A stretch of 32,000 nt of DNA from Candidatus Saccharimonadota bacterium (GTDB taxonomy: Archaea; Nanobdellota; Nanobdellia; Pacearchaeales; GW2011-AR1). How positions within the stretch are numbered: position 1 is the first letter of the stretch; every line of letters begins with the position of its first letter. A program made the position numbers and the translations under genes. The stretch covers positions 390,001 to 422,000 of the forward strand of contig JAFCEL010000001.1 of assembly GCA_017609205.1 (NCBI GenBank), given 5' to 3'. A model generated the notes under the pieces. That model saw only the letters and a list, made by a program, of their open reading frames with translations, searched no databases and was not told the origin of the DNA. Shown here piece by piece: positions 1 through 7,279 of this stretch.

Positions 1-89
1 GATCCTCTCTAACAGAAAATTTTAAACTCACGGGGGGCTTTTTTAGCCCAGCTCGTGCCTTCCGCTTCGCTTCGGAAACTTCGTTAAAT
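1..89 (+). repeat. GC-rich attC-like intergenic repeat, copy A (5' end cut by window edge)
   Basis: About 50% GC against an AT-rich background. TAACAG (10-15) plus ATTTTAAAC (19-27) parallels TAACAGCGATTTAAC of copy C. CTTCG-rich middle (GCTTCGCTTCGG, 64-75). Ends ACTTCGTTAAAT (78-89), as in copies B and C. GTTAAAT (83-89) fits GTTRRRY. Confidence 0.5.
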
Positions 90-120
90 TCCGATGTTAA
101 GTGAAATTCCGAACCCCTTA

Positions 121-140
121 AAAACGAAATGTTTATATAT
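121..140 (+). promoter_or_regulatory. Archaeal BRE/TATA promoter for the 160..717 gene
   Basis: AAAACGAAATGTTTATATAT: purine-rich AACGAAA followed by TATA box TTTATATAT (132-140), centred ~24 nt upstream of ATG 160. The same layout recurs at several other genes in the window. Confidence 0.45.
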
Positions 141-159
141 CAATTAATATTATTTTACT

Positions 160-717
160 ATGGGCAAATTAGATTTTAAAACTGCGTTCAAATACCCTTT
201 CAACAGGATGAAAGGATTATTAAACATATTATGGATTTTATTACCTATTTTTGGATGGTTTGCTTTAGGAGGATATGGCGTTAGAATTATCCAAGAATTT
301 AGTAAAGGTAAATTTAAAAAATTACCTGTTCTTAAATTTGGTAGTGATATGAAATTAGGATTTTTTATGTTCCTAAAAAGTATTCCTTTTGTTCTTGCAT
401 ATATTGTAATTCTTATCTTTGCCGAGAGAGTAGGAGGGCCTTGGACCGCAGGATTAACCAGGATTTTAGTAGAACTCTTTGTAATCCCAATATTGACTAT
501 AAATTTTGTTAATAAAATGACTGTTGGTTCATTTTTTGAATTTGGAATACTAAAATCTGTTTTTAATAATTTAGGAGACTATATCATAACAATATTGAAA
601 AGTATCTTGTTATTTTTAGTATATCTAGTTATGGTTATAATCTTAGTTGGTATCCCTGCTATGTCTTTTACTCAGAATATATTTTTAGCAGATTTTTACA
701 GAAGAAGAATAAAATAA
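160..717 (+). CDS. DUF4013-like integral membrane protein
   Basis: 185-aa ORF. The N-terminus (KTAFKYPF...LLNILWILLPIFGWFALGGYGVRIIQEF...GKFKKLPVLKF) matches my recollection of the DUF4013 pattern (YPF ... GY..R.I ... LP.F). Multiple hydrophobic helices. Confidence 0.6.
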   Translation: MGKLDFKTAFKYPFNRMKGLLNILWILLPIFGWFALGGYGVRIIQEFSKGKFKKLPVLKFGSDMKLGFFMFLKSIPFVLAYIVILIFAERVGGPWTAGLTRILVELFVIPILTINFVNKMTVGSFFEFGILKSVFNNLGDYIITILKSILLFLVYLVMVIILVGIPAMSFTQNIFLADFYRRRIK

Positions 718-726
718 TATTTTTCT

Positions 727-881
727 TATAGGGGGTTCGGAACTCTGCGCTCACTTCGTTCGGGACGCCTAACACGGCTTATGAGGTTCGCTTCGTTGCA
801 CTTCGCTCTCCCAAATTGAGTTCTCAGCTCTGTTCCCTTTGGTCACGAGGAAAACTGAAACTTCGTTAAATCGCATATGTT
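727..881 (+). repeat. GC-rich attC-like intergenic repeat, copy B
   Basis: Homologous to copy C with indels. Shared blocks: CTGCGCT (745-751 vs 1331-1337); 15-nt identity CGTTGCACTTCGCTC (794-808 = 1385-1399); 22-nt identity ACTTCGTTAAATCGCATATGTT (860-881 = 1421-1442). GCCTAAC (767-773) fits RYYYAAC and GTTAAAT (865-871) fits GTTRRRY. Starts with TATAGGGGG (727-735), which recurs at 1527-1535. Confidence 0.6.
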
Positions 882-923
882 TATTTCAATTGTTCGAAGT
901 GCACCAATAATGTTAAAAACAAA

Positions 924-933
924 CATTTATTTA
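924..933 (+). promoter_or_regulatory. Possible TATA box for the 959..1288 gene
   Basis: CATTTATTTA lies ~30 nt upstream of ATG 959. A second TATA-like TTTATAT (944-950) is too close to the ATG. Confidence 0.3.
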
Positions 934-958
934 CTTAAAATGATTTATATCAAATATA

Positions 959-1288
959 ATGAAAATAAATTTTATACCAAAAAGCAATCTAAGTAAATGG
1001 TCTGTTGGATTGATTATCATAACTCCAATATTATTCTACATGGGTATGTCGTTTGTAGGTTTTTATCAATCTGTTCCGGCTGGGAAAACAATACTCCATG
1101 ACATCATTGCCAGACCAGGATTAGCGCTATCAATGTTGGGGGGATTCTTTTCTGGTATTGCCGCTTTTTTTTGTGGTATAATTGGTATTATAAGAAAGAA
1201 AGATTATTCTGTTTTTGTATTTATATCCACACTTCTAGGTTTTTTTGTTTTGTTATGGGTTATTGCAGAGATTTTGTTCCCACACTAA
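959..1288 (+). CDS. Small hypothetical membrane protein (about three hydrophobic helices)
   Basis: 109-aa ORF with hydrophobic segments (WSVGLIIITPILFYMGMSFVGF, LALSMLGGFFSGIAAFFCGIIGII, VFVFISTLLGFFVLLWVIAEILF). No family recognised. Confidence 0.55.
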   Translation: MKINFIPKSNLSKWSVGLIIITPILFYMGMSFVGFYQSVPAGKTILHDIIARPGLALSMLGGFFSGIAAFFCGIIGIIRKKDYSVFVFISTLLGFFVLLWVIAEILFPH

Positions 1289-1328
1289 ATGTGCCCATTG
1301 AAAAACTTCTTCGGCTCCGCCTAGACCA

Positions 1329-1442
1329 CGCTGCGCTTTTGCCTATCGGCTCGGGGCGTATAACAGCGATTTAACTGTTTCGCTCGTTGCACTTCGCTCC
1401 ACCCAAATCGGCTAACGCCGACTTCGTTAAATCGCATATGTT
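1329..1442 (+). repeat. GC-rich attC-like intergenic repeat, copy C (contains a perfect 10-bp inverted repeat)
   Basis: GCGATTTAAC (1366-1375) and GTTAAATCGC (1426-1435) are exact reverse complements separated by 50 nt of partly self-complementary sequence. ATTTAAC fits RYYYAAC and GTTAAAT fits GTTRRRY. Shares 15-nt and 22-nt identical blocks with copy B. Confidence 0.6.
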
Positions 1443-1542
1443 CAATTGAGTTATCGCTTAATTTTAAGAAACGGGAAGGGGGCTTAGTCTCTGCGGGACA
1501 GATAGTTTCGGCTTCGCCTCAAAGTTTATAGGGGGCGTCTTT
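1443..1542 (+). repeat. GC-rich repeat tail carrying the left arms of the inverted repeats that bracket the helicase operon
   Basis: GGGAAGGGGGC (1473-1483) and AGGGGGCGTCTTT (1530-1542) are reverse complements of 7184-7194 and 7178-7190. AATTGAGTTATC (1444-1455) resembles AATTGAGTTCTC (814-825). TATAGGGGG (1527-1535) repeats 727-735. Confidence 0.6.
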
Positions 1543-4500
1543 ATTTTTTTACTAGAATTATTCTTCCATTTTGATTGCTCACTATATTTTCTTTTTCTAA
1601 ATATTTTATAGCTTCTTCTATCTTTGATTTAATTTTCCCACCAGTCCTATTGTTGTGAAAGATTCCTTTCGCAATATCTGCAACTAGTGTTTCTTTTGTT
1701 GCTCCAAAAGTATTTTTTAGAATATCCACAATAGCACCGCCAATCTCTTCTTTTGGAATTAATGTAAATGGTCGTTGTGTTTCTTTTGAAATCCTAATAG
1801 GACAAACACCATCAATCTTATCAATTGAAACAGTATTTCCATAGACATAAATATTCTTATATTCTCTTTTCATTTCATTGACTAAATCATCAAAATTTCT
1901 CTTTAATCTGGCACCTAATTTATTTATCCCAAACGAACTCAGAACTCTTTTGTATAATAATTCCTTTTCAATAGGCGATTCAACTTCTAGAACAGAGAGC
2001 ATTAATTCTTTAGCTTTTGTCCCGCCCCAAACCATATATCCATAACCATCAAACTCTATTTTTGCTCTGGATTTTGGTAATTCAGCAACTTCATATTTTT
2101 CATATTTGTCTTTTAAAGAAACTTCCTTAAAATCTTCCACATCTTCAACCTTTTCAAATCTCAATCCCTCTCTGTGATTCACTTTTTTTGATTTCAATAA
2201 TGAATTAACTTTTTCATTTATTTTCTTGATTTCATATTCCCTGTTATTTAACCAATCATCAGACCAGATTCTGTGAATATTCCATCCAAGACTTTCTAGA
2301 ATAAGCTGCCTAACTTTATCTCTGTCTCTTGCAAATCTTGAAGAGTGATATTGTGAGCCATCACATTCAATTCCCAAAATATAAACCCCTGGTTTTTTAG
2401 GGTGCTTTATTGCCAAATCAACTCTGTAACCAGAGCAACCCACCTGTGTGCTGATGGAAAATCCCTCCTTAACTAATGCCTCATAAACAGATTCTTCAAA
2501 ACTTGAATCAAAATCCAATCCTTCGGTTGTCTGTAAAAACTTGTTGAAATCCTTGTTCTTTGCATAATCCAGATAATATTTTAAATAACGAACCCCATCA
2601 ACATTTATTTTATCCTCATCTAATTCTTCAGGTAAGATAGAAGATAAGACTACTGTTTTGAGTCTTGATCTTGTTATAGCAACATTTAATCTTTTATATC
2701 CTCCTTCCTTATTAAGCGGACCAAAATGGTAAGTTAATTTCCCTGAAGAATCTTTTCCATAGCCAACACTCAATAAAATAATATCTCTTTCATCTCCCTG
2801 AACTGTCTCAAGATTTTTAATAAACAGGTCTTCTCTTGTAGAATCTATTGATTCATCAATATTTATACCAACGACTCTAAACTCTTCTCTGATTGCGTTT
2901 TCCTGTGCAATGCTAAATGCAATAATCCCCATAGACTTTTCAGGGAATTTCTTTTTAAGTTCTTTGTATTTTTTAACAACCTCCCTTGCTTCGACCCGAT
3001 TCTTTCGTGATTTGCCTCTATCATAAACACCATTTTTAACATAGACAAAATCTAACCCAGAATTATCTTTTATTTTTGAATTTGGAAATGTAATAAGTCT
3101 ATGTTCATAAAAAAATCTGTTTGAAAAAGCTATTAAATGCTCATTCTTGCTTCTGTAATGCCAAAGAAGTGGCTTAGTTCTAAATTTAGTGCTGCATTCA
3201 CTAAGAAAGCTCTCTAAATCCTCAATCTCTTCTTCTACAATTTCGTCCTCTCGCCCACTCATAAAAAATGAAGTTGGTGGAAGTTGTTGCATATCTCCGA
3301 CCACAATAGCCTGTTTCGCCCTAATCAAACAAGGGACAGCATCTTCTGGCATAATTTGGGATGCCTCATCAAAAATGACAACATCAAACTTTATAACCTC
3401 TGGATTTATGTATTGGCTAACAGAAAGAGGACTCATCATAAAGCAGGGCTTTAAAGAAAATACTAAATTTGGTATCTCTTCAAGTAAGTTTCTTATTGGT
3501 TTCAATCTTCTTTTCTTTTCGTTCTCTCTTTTTAGGATTGAAACTTCATTTATTCCATGGCTATGATAATTTACAGATGGCTGGTCTTGTTCAATGGAAT
3601 TCATTATTTTATACCGTTTAATATCTCTAACCTCAAAGTCCTTCTCTCTAAACATTTCAACCTTATTTTTTGGAGATGGAATATTATTTTGTCTTAATAT
3701 CTCTTCAAGCAACTGCAAATAGTAAGCTTTCAGGAAAACAGAACTTAATTTTGAAATTATGTCCTCTGTAAAATATCCTCTTATAAACTCTCTTATTTCA
3801 TCGTTCAGAGAGTTGTATTGTTCTTTAAAGATTAAGACATCATCCAAGTGTTCTATATTCTTAATAAACTCGTGGATTTTATCTTCTATTTCATTTATGT
3901 TCTCGGCATTATTCAAGATTGATTTAGATAAGTAATCGTCAATATCTTTAATCTTCTCTTTTAATTCTTCTAAAGAATCTCCTTTATTTTCTTGCGATAC
4001 CCAAAATCTGATTAGCTTAACAGAATCTCTTGATATTCTTTCAGCATTTTTGTGTATTTCTGAAAATTCCTCTGCTTTTTTATTTAACTCATTCAAGTTC
4101 TGTTTGGAATAAATATCCCCCAAATCTCTTACATATTTTTTGTTTTGGTTCTCAATCTTTTTGTGTTTCCCTAAAGTTTTTATGTAGCTATTCTTTAATT
4201 CAAATAACTTAATCCAATCGCTATGCCCTAATTTCTTATTAGAAAATCTCTCAAGCTCTTTTTTAACATTTTTGTATTCTTGATTAAATATCCTTGCCAA
4301 AAAAGAAGTTTCTCTAAAAATCCTCTCATAAGTGTCCGTTTTGTTCTCAATAAATTTCTCTTTTACATTTTCTAGAATTTTTGATTTAATATCATTTATT
4401 TCACTAAGATTTTTGTTTAATTCTGAAATTATATTTTTGTAATCTTCAAATTTTTCAGAGAGAAAATATTCAGGTACATCTTTTATCTTGTTAGCTGTTC

Positions 4501-6052
4501 TATGGAGTTTACAGAATTCTTCCAATTCCTTTAAGGTTTTAATATCTAGGTTTGTTTTATTCTTAATTTCTTTGAGAAACTCCAGAATTTCCTTTAATAT
4601 CTGATGCGTATTATCAATTAAAGTTTTAAATTTATTTCTTGATAAAGTAGTGTTCTTTGAAACTTTGAAATTGAAATAAATATTTTCCATAGGTCGTGGG
4701 ACTTTCTCAATAATCAAATCCAGATCTTGTATCTTTGATAATAATTTTGTAAATTTCTCTTCATTGAATGAGATTGTATCGCTAAGATTTTTATCAAGGA
4801 TTTCAACATTATATAGTCTTGCCAACTCACCACGGATATCATAAATGGATAATGATCTTGGCTTATGCTTCTTGCATAGAAAATCATAAAAATTATTCAA
4901 AGCTCTTTGAGTTTCAATATAATCTGCAAACGAATATCTTTTTACACTCTCTTTAATCTTCGGGGATGTTTCTAATTCTGAAATTAATTGTTTAATAACC
5001 TCTTTTTTATTCCCCTTATAATTGTGTAAATTTAAACAATATCTACCTAAACCAACTTCTTGTAATCTTTTATGGACAACATTAAGAGCTGCCATTTTCT
5101 GGCTCACAAAAAGAATTTTCTTTTTCTTTTCTAAAAGTGCAACAATTATATTTGAAATTGTCTGGCTCTTTCCAGTTCCAGGAGGTCCCTGTAAAACAAA
5201 AGTTACTCCGGCTTTTGCTAATTCAATGGCTAATTTTTGAGAAGAATCTGCTGGCAAAACATCTATATCCTTGGCATCATCAAATTCATCTCTTTGCATT
5301 TCGGCAATTTCATCTTGTAATGCATTCCTATCCCCAACAAATGCCTTAACCAAATTACTTTCATGAAGAAGTTTATTATGCTCTGTCAAATCCCTAAACA
5401 TAATGTATTTCTGGTACGAAAATATGTCAATGTAAATTTCTTTTGTAACTTTCCAATCTTTCATTCCTGAAATAACTTTCTTTATAGAACTTAGATAATC
5501 TTCAATTGATTGTTCTTTAAATTCTGGCAAATTAATATCAAAGTCGTGTGATAGTTTCTCAATTAAAGCAGGATTGACTTGGAGATCCTCAGAACCAGAA
5601 ACCAGCTCAAAACGATGTTTGTCTTTTGATGTTGAAGAGAGCCTATTTAGACTAACTGGATAAAGAAATATTGGAGCTTGTGAATAAAGCTCAGAATTTT
5701 GTGATTCTTTATATTTCAAAATTCCTAAACTTACAAAACAAGTGCTTATACCCAATTCCTGAAAATTTTCTTTTGTTTTTAGGTAAAGGTTAGTTAATTT
5801 TTTATCAACAATATCCTCTTCTTCTGAACAAAGCCAAAGTCTCTCTTTTGGTTTTCCATTCTCTTTTTTTAGAATATTGACATTTTTTTCGTGATGCAAA
5901 TCTTCAATAATCTGCTTAAACTCAGGTTGTATGACTTGCAATGACTTAGATTTTGTAAACCGATAATTTACAAGATTATTCCTTTTAGATAAATCTATCA
6001 GTTTTTTCTTCCAATATTCCGCTTTCTTGGTTATAATTTGCTGGGTATCCAT
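1541..6052 (-). CDS. Large SF1B (Upf1/DNA2-like) helicase: DUF4011-like N-terminus, AAA_11/AAA_12 core, DUF559/Vsr-like endonuclease domain, DUF3320-like tail
   Basis: Intact 1503-aa ORF. The N-terminus (YWKKKLIDLSKRNNLVNYRF) looks DUF4011-like. Helicase motifs: Walker A VLQGPPGTGKSQT (nt ~5165-5200), motif II VVIFDEASQ (nt ~3356-3382), VVGDMQQLPPT, TVQGDERDIILLSVGYG, RLNVAITRSR. The C-terminal GYRVDLAI...ILGIECDGSQYHSS...RDRDKVRQLILESLGWNIHRIWSDDW looks like a PD-(D/E)xK DUF559-type nuclease. Family names come from remembered motifs, not a search. Confidence 0.8.
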   Translation of the reverse strand: MDTQQIITKKAEYWKKKLIDLSKRNNLVNYRFTKSKSLQVIQPEFKQIIEDLHHEKNVNILKKENGKPKERLWLCSEEEDIVDKKLTNLYLKTKENFQELGISTCFVSLGILKYKESQNSELYSQAPIFLYPVSLNRLSSTSKDKHRFELVSGSEDLQVNPALIEKLSHDFDINLPEFKEQSIEDYLSSIKKVISGMKDWKVTKEIYIDIFSYQKYIMFRDLTEHNKLLHESNLVKAFVGDRNALQDEIAEMQRDEFDDAKDIDVLPADSSQKLAIELAKAGVTFVLQGPPGTGKSQTISNIIVALLEKKKKILFVSQKMAALNVVHKRLQEVGLGRYCLNLHNYKGNKKEVIKQLISELETSPKIKESVKRYSFADYIETQRALNNFYDFLCKKHKPRSLSIYDIRGELARLYNVEILDKNLSDTISFNEEKFTKLLSKIQDLDLIIEKVPRPMENIYFNFKVSKNTTLSRNKFKTLIDNTHQILKEILEFLKEIKNKTNLDIKTLKELEEFCKLHRTANKIKDVPEYFLSEKFEDYKNIISELNKNLSEINDIKSKILENVKEKFIENKTDTYERIFRETSFLARIFNQEYKNVKKELERFSNKKLGHSDWIKLFELKNSYIKTLGKHKKIENQNKKYVRDLGDIYSKQNLNELNKKAEEFSEIHKNAERISRDSVKLIRFWVSQENKGDSLEELKEKIKDIDDYLSKSILNNAENINEIEDKIHEFIKNIEHLDDVLIFKEQYNSLNDEIREFIRGYFTEDIISKLSSVFLKAYYLQLLEEILRQNNIPSPKNKVEMFREKDFEVRDIKRYKIMNSIEQDQPSVNYHSHGINEVSILKRENEKKRRLKPIRNLLEEIPNLVFSLKPCFMMSPLSVSQYINPEVIKFDVVIFDEASQIMPEDAVPCLIRAKQAIVVGDMQQLPPTSFFMSGREDEIVEEEIEDLESFLSECSTKFRTKPLLWHYRSKNEHLIAFSNRFFYEHRLITFPNSKIKDNSGLDFVYVKNGVYDRGKSRKNRVEAREVVKKYKELKKKFPEKSMGIIAFSIAQENAIREEFRVVGINIDESIDSTREDLFIKNLETVQGDERDIILLSVGYGKDSSGKLTYHFGPLNKEGGYKRLNVAITRSRLKTVVLSSILPEELDEDKINVDGVRYLKYYLDYAKNKDFNKFLQTTEGLDFDSSFEESVYEALVKEGFSISTQVGCSGYRVDLAIKHPKKPGVYILGIECDGSQYHSSRFARDRDKVRQLILESLGWNIHRIWSDDWLNNREYEIKKINEKVNSLLKSKKVNHREGLRFEKVEDVEDFKEVSLKDKYEKYEVAELPKSRAKIEFDGYGYMVWGGTKAKELMLSVLEVESPIEKELLYKRVLSSFGINKLGARLKRNFDDLVNEMKREYKNIYVYGNTVSIDKIDGVCPIRISKETQRPFTLIPKEEIGGAIVDILKNTFGATKETLVADIAKGIFHNNRTGGKIKSKIEEAIKYLEKENIVSNQNGRIILVKK

Positions 6053-6056
6053 TCAA

Positions 6057-6539
6057 TTATCTCCTTTTATTCACTTCTTTTTGAAATTCACTTCTTATCT
6101 GATTAATTTTCTTTTCATTTAATTTGATAAGAATAGATTTACATTTAATCAGAAATTCAGGGGCTTTTGCTATCATTTTATTGTATTGTTCATCTGGAAC
6201 AGTCCTGTCAACATAATACTGGGAATCTATCCTCGCCTTTAATGAATCCTCAGTAAAGTCTAATTCTTCTTTGTTGAAATAATCTTTGAGAAACCTCTTT
6301 GCAAATTCTATTGTACAGGAATGAATTTCACATTTTACCCCAATCTTTGTTAAAATAGAATAAAGTGAAAAGTAGAGGGTATAATACGCTGTTGAAATTT
6401 TCCAGTCTTTTACAACATTTATTCTCATTGATTCAAGAGATTCCTCAGCTTTTTTGATATAAGCATGAGCAAGATCAGAATTTGGCTCAATCAGGCTTAA
6501 CCCTCCTTTCTTTTTAGAACACCATAATATCTTATTCAT
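6057..6539 (-). CDS. HEPN-like all-helical protein, partner of the upstream nucleotidyltransferase
   Basis: 160-aa ORF that overlaps the MNT gene stop by 8 nt and ends 4 nt before the helicase start. AHAYIKKAEESLESMR...YYTLYFSLYSILTKIGVKCEIHSCTIEF resembles archaeal HEPN (PF05168-type) helices. I find no canonical Rx4-6H motif. Confidence 0.5.
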   Translation of the reverse strand: MNKILWCSKKKGGLSLIEPNSDLAHAYIKKAEESLESMRINVVKDWKISTAYYTLYFSLYSILTKIGVKCEIHSCTIEFAKRFLKDYFNKEELDFTEDSLKARIDSQYYVDRTVPDEQYNKMIAKAPEFLIKCKSILIKLNEKKINQIRSEFQKEVNKRR

Positions 6540-7122
6540 TTTTGAACACCGCCTCTATAAATTGTTCAGCATTAACGAAAACAATATGATTTTTTAATAT
6601 TTCCTTTAGCAGAATGTCTTTGTTTAGATTCTTTTCAAAAGTCTTTATAGGGTAACATTTTATACTTATTTCTATTCCCAAGTTTCTTGAAACTTTCTTT
6701 ATCTCATTTCTATTGTAATCACCAGCAATAAAAATATCCAAATCAGAACCTTTTTTCTCCAACCCCTTGACATAACTCCCAAAGATAATACCAATTCCCT
6801 TAATGTGTGGAGTAATTTTTTCTATAATTTCCTTAATAATAAGCCTCTTTTCCAAAAACGCAATCGCTTTGTATTGCTCAACAAAAACAAGATACCTTTT
6901 AGTAAACTCACTTTGATTAATCTTATAAGTCTTAATCTTCCCCCTTGTCTTTGATTCTATAATACCTTTATCTTCTAAATCTTCAAGGATGAGCTGCGAA
7001 GTTCTCGGACTTATTTTTAATAATTTTTCAACCTCCCGAACATAATATTCTCTCTTAAAATCATTTGTGAATAGAGACAATACCAGTAATGTATTCTCAG
7101 TGATTCTTATTTTTTCATACAT
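6532..7122 (-). CDS. Winged-helix DNA-binding domain fused to a minimal nucleotidyltransferase (MNT)
   Basis: NTase signature GIIFGSYVKGLEKKGSDLDIFIAGD. The N-terminal part (REVEKLLKISPRTSQLILEDLEDKGIIESKTRGKIKTYKI) looks like a MarR/TrmB-type wHTH. I place the start at ATG 7122 (MYEKIR...) because a strong TATA box lies ~28 nt upstream. The ORF track's start at 7170 is the alternative. Confidence 0.75.
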   Translation of the reverse strand: MYEKIRITENTLLVLSLFTNDFKREYYVREVEKLLKISPRTSQLILEDLEDKGIIESKTRGKIKTYKINQSEFTKRYLVFVEQYKAIAFLEKRLIIKEIIEKITPHIKGIGIIFGSYVKGLEKKGSDLDIFIAGDYNRNEIKKVSRNLGIEISIKCYPIKTFEKNLNKDILLKEILKNHIVFVNAEQFIEAVFKNE

Positions 7123-7143
7123 ATGTATTATTAAACATACAGG

Positions 7144-7156
7144 TAATATATAAAGC
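7144..7156 (-). promoter_or_regulatory. TATA box for the MNT/HEPN/helicase operon
   Basis: The minus strand reads GCTTTATATATTA, centred ~28 nt upstream of ATG 7122. Confidence 0.45.
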
Positions 7157-7170
7157 TTTTGGTGGTTCAT

Positions 7171-7279
7171 TAAAGTAAAAGACGCCCCCTTCCCTTAGAA
7201 TATAGTCTGCTTCGCAGAATTGATATGGCGAGAACTCAACTTTGATTTTTTGCCTTTGGCATCGTCGCCTAACTTAAAT
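7171..7279 (-). repeat. GC-rich repeat block related (in inverse orientation) to copies B and C; carries the right arms of the bracketing inverted repeats
   Basis: AAAGACGCCCCCTTCCC (7178-7194) is the reverse complement of sequences at 1530-1542 and 1473-1483. GAGAACTCAA (7230-7239) is the reverse complement of TTGAGTTCTC (816-825). GCCTAAC (7267-7273) reads GTTAGGC on the minus strand, a perfect GTTRRRY core. CTGCTTCGCAG hairpin at 7208-7218. Confidence 0.55.

Larger units (their letters stand above)
1..7279. mobile_element. Candidate accessory island: integron-like cassette region plus inverted-repeat-bracketed helicase/HEPN/MNT operon
   Basis: Four related GC-rich repeat blocks (1-89, 727-881, 1329-1542, 7171-7279) delimit gene units with no housekeeping function. 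Housekeeping genes begin at 7280. No integrase lies in the window, and the left edge is cut inside a repeat. Confidence 0.3.

Noticed and set aside
1171-1374. ORF 1171..1374 (+)
   Set aside because: It overlaps the 959..1288 membrane-protein gene in another frame and then reads into the GC-rich repeat. It has no promoter or plausible protein features.
1-1540. The GC-rich intergenic blocks as tRNA genes or Nanoarchaeum-style split tRNA halves
   Set aside because: I could not build a cloverleaf, a T-loop (GTTCRANYC) or matching acceptor strands from any of the blocks. The GC-richness is better explained by the repeat family described above.
2863-5349. Short ORFs inside or antisense to the helicase gene (2863..3048, 3189..3566, 4030..4212, 5022..5240, 5137..5349)
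   Set aside because: These are shadow frames of a long, motif-bearing CDS in AT-rich DNA. Their translations are low-complexity Ser/Phe/Ile/Leu-rich.
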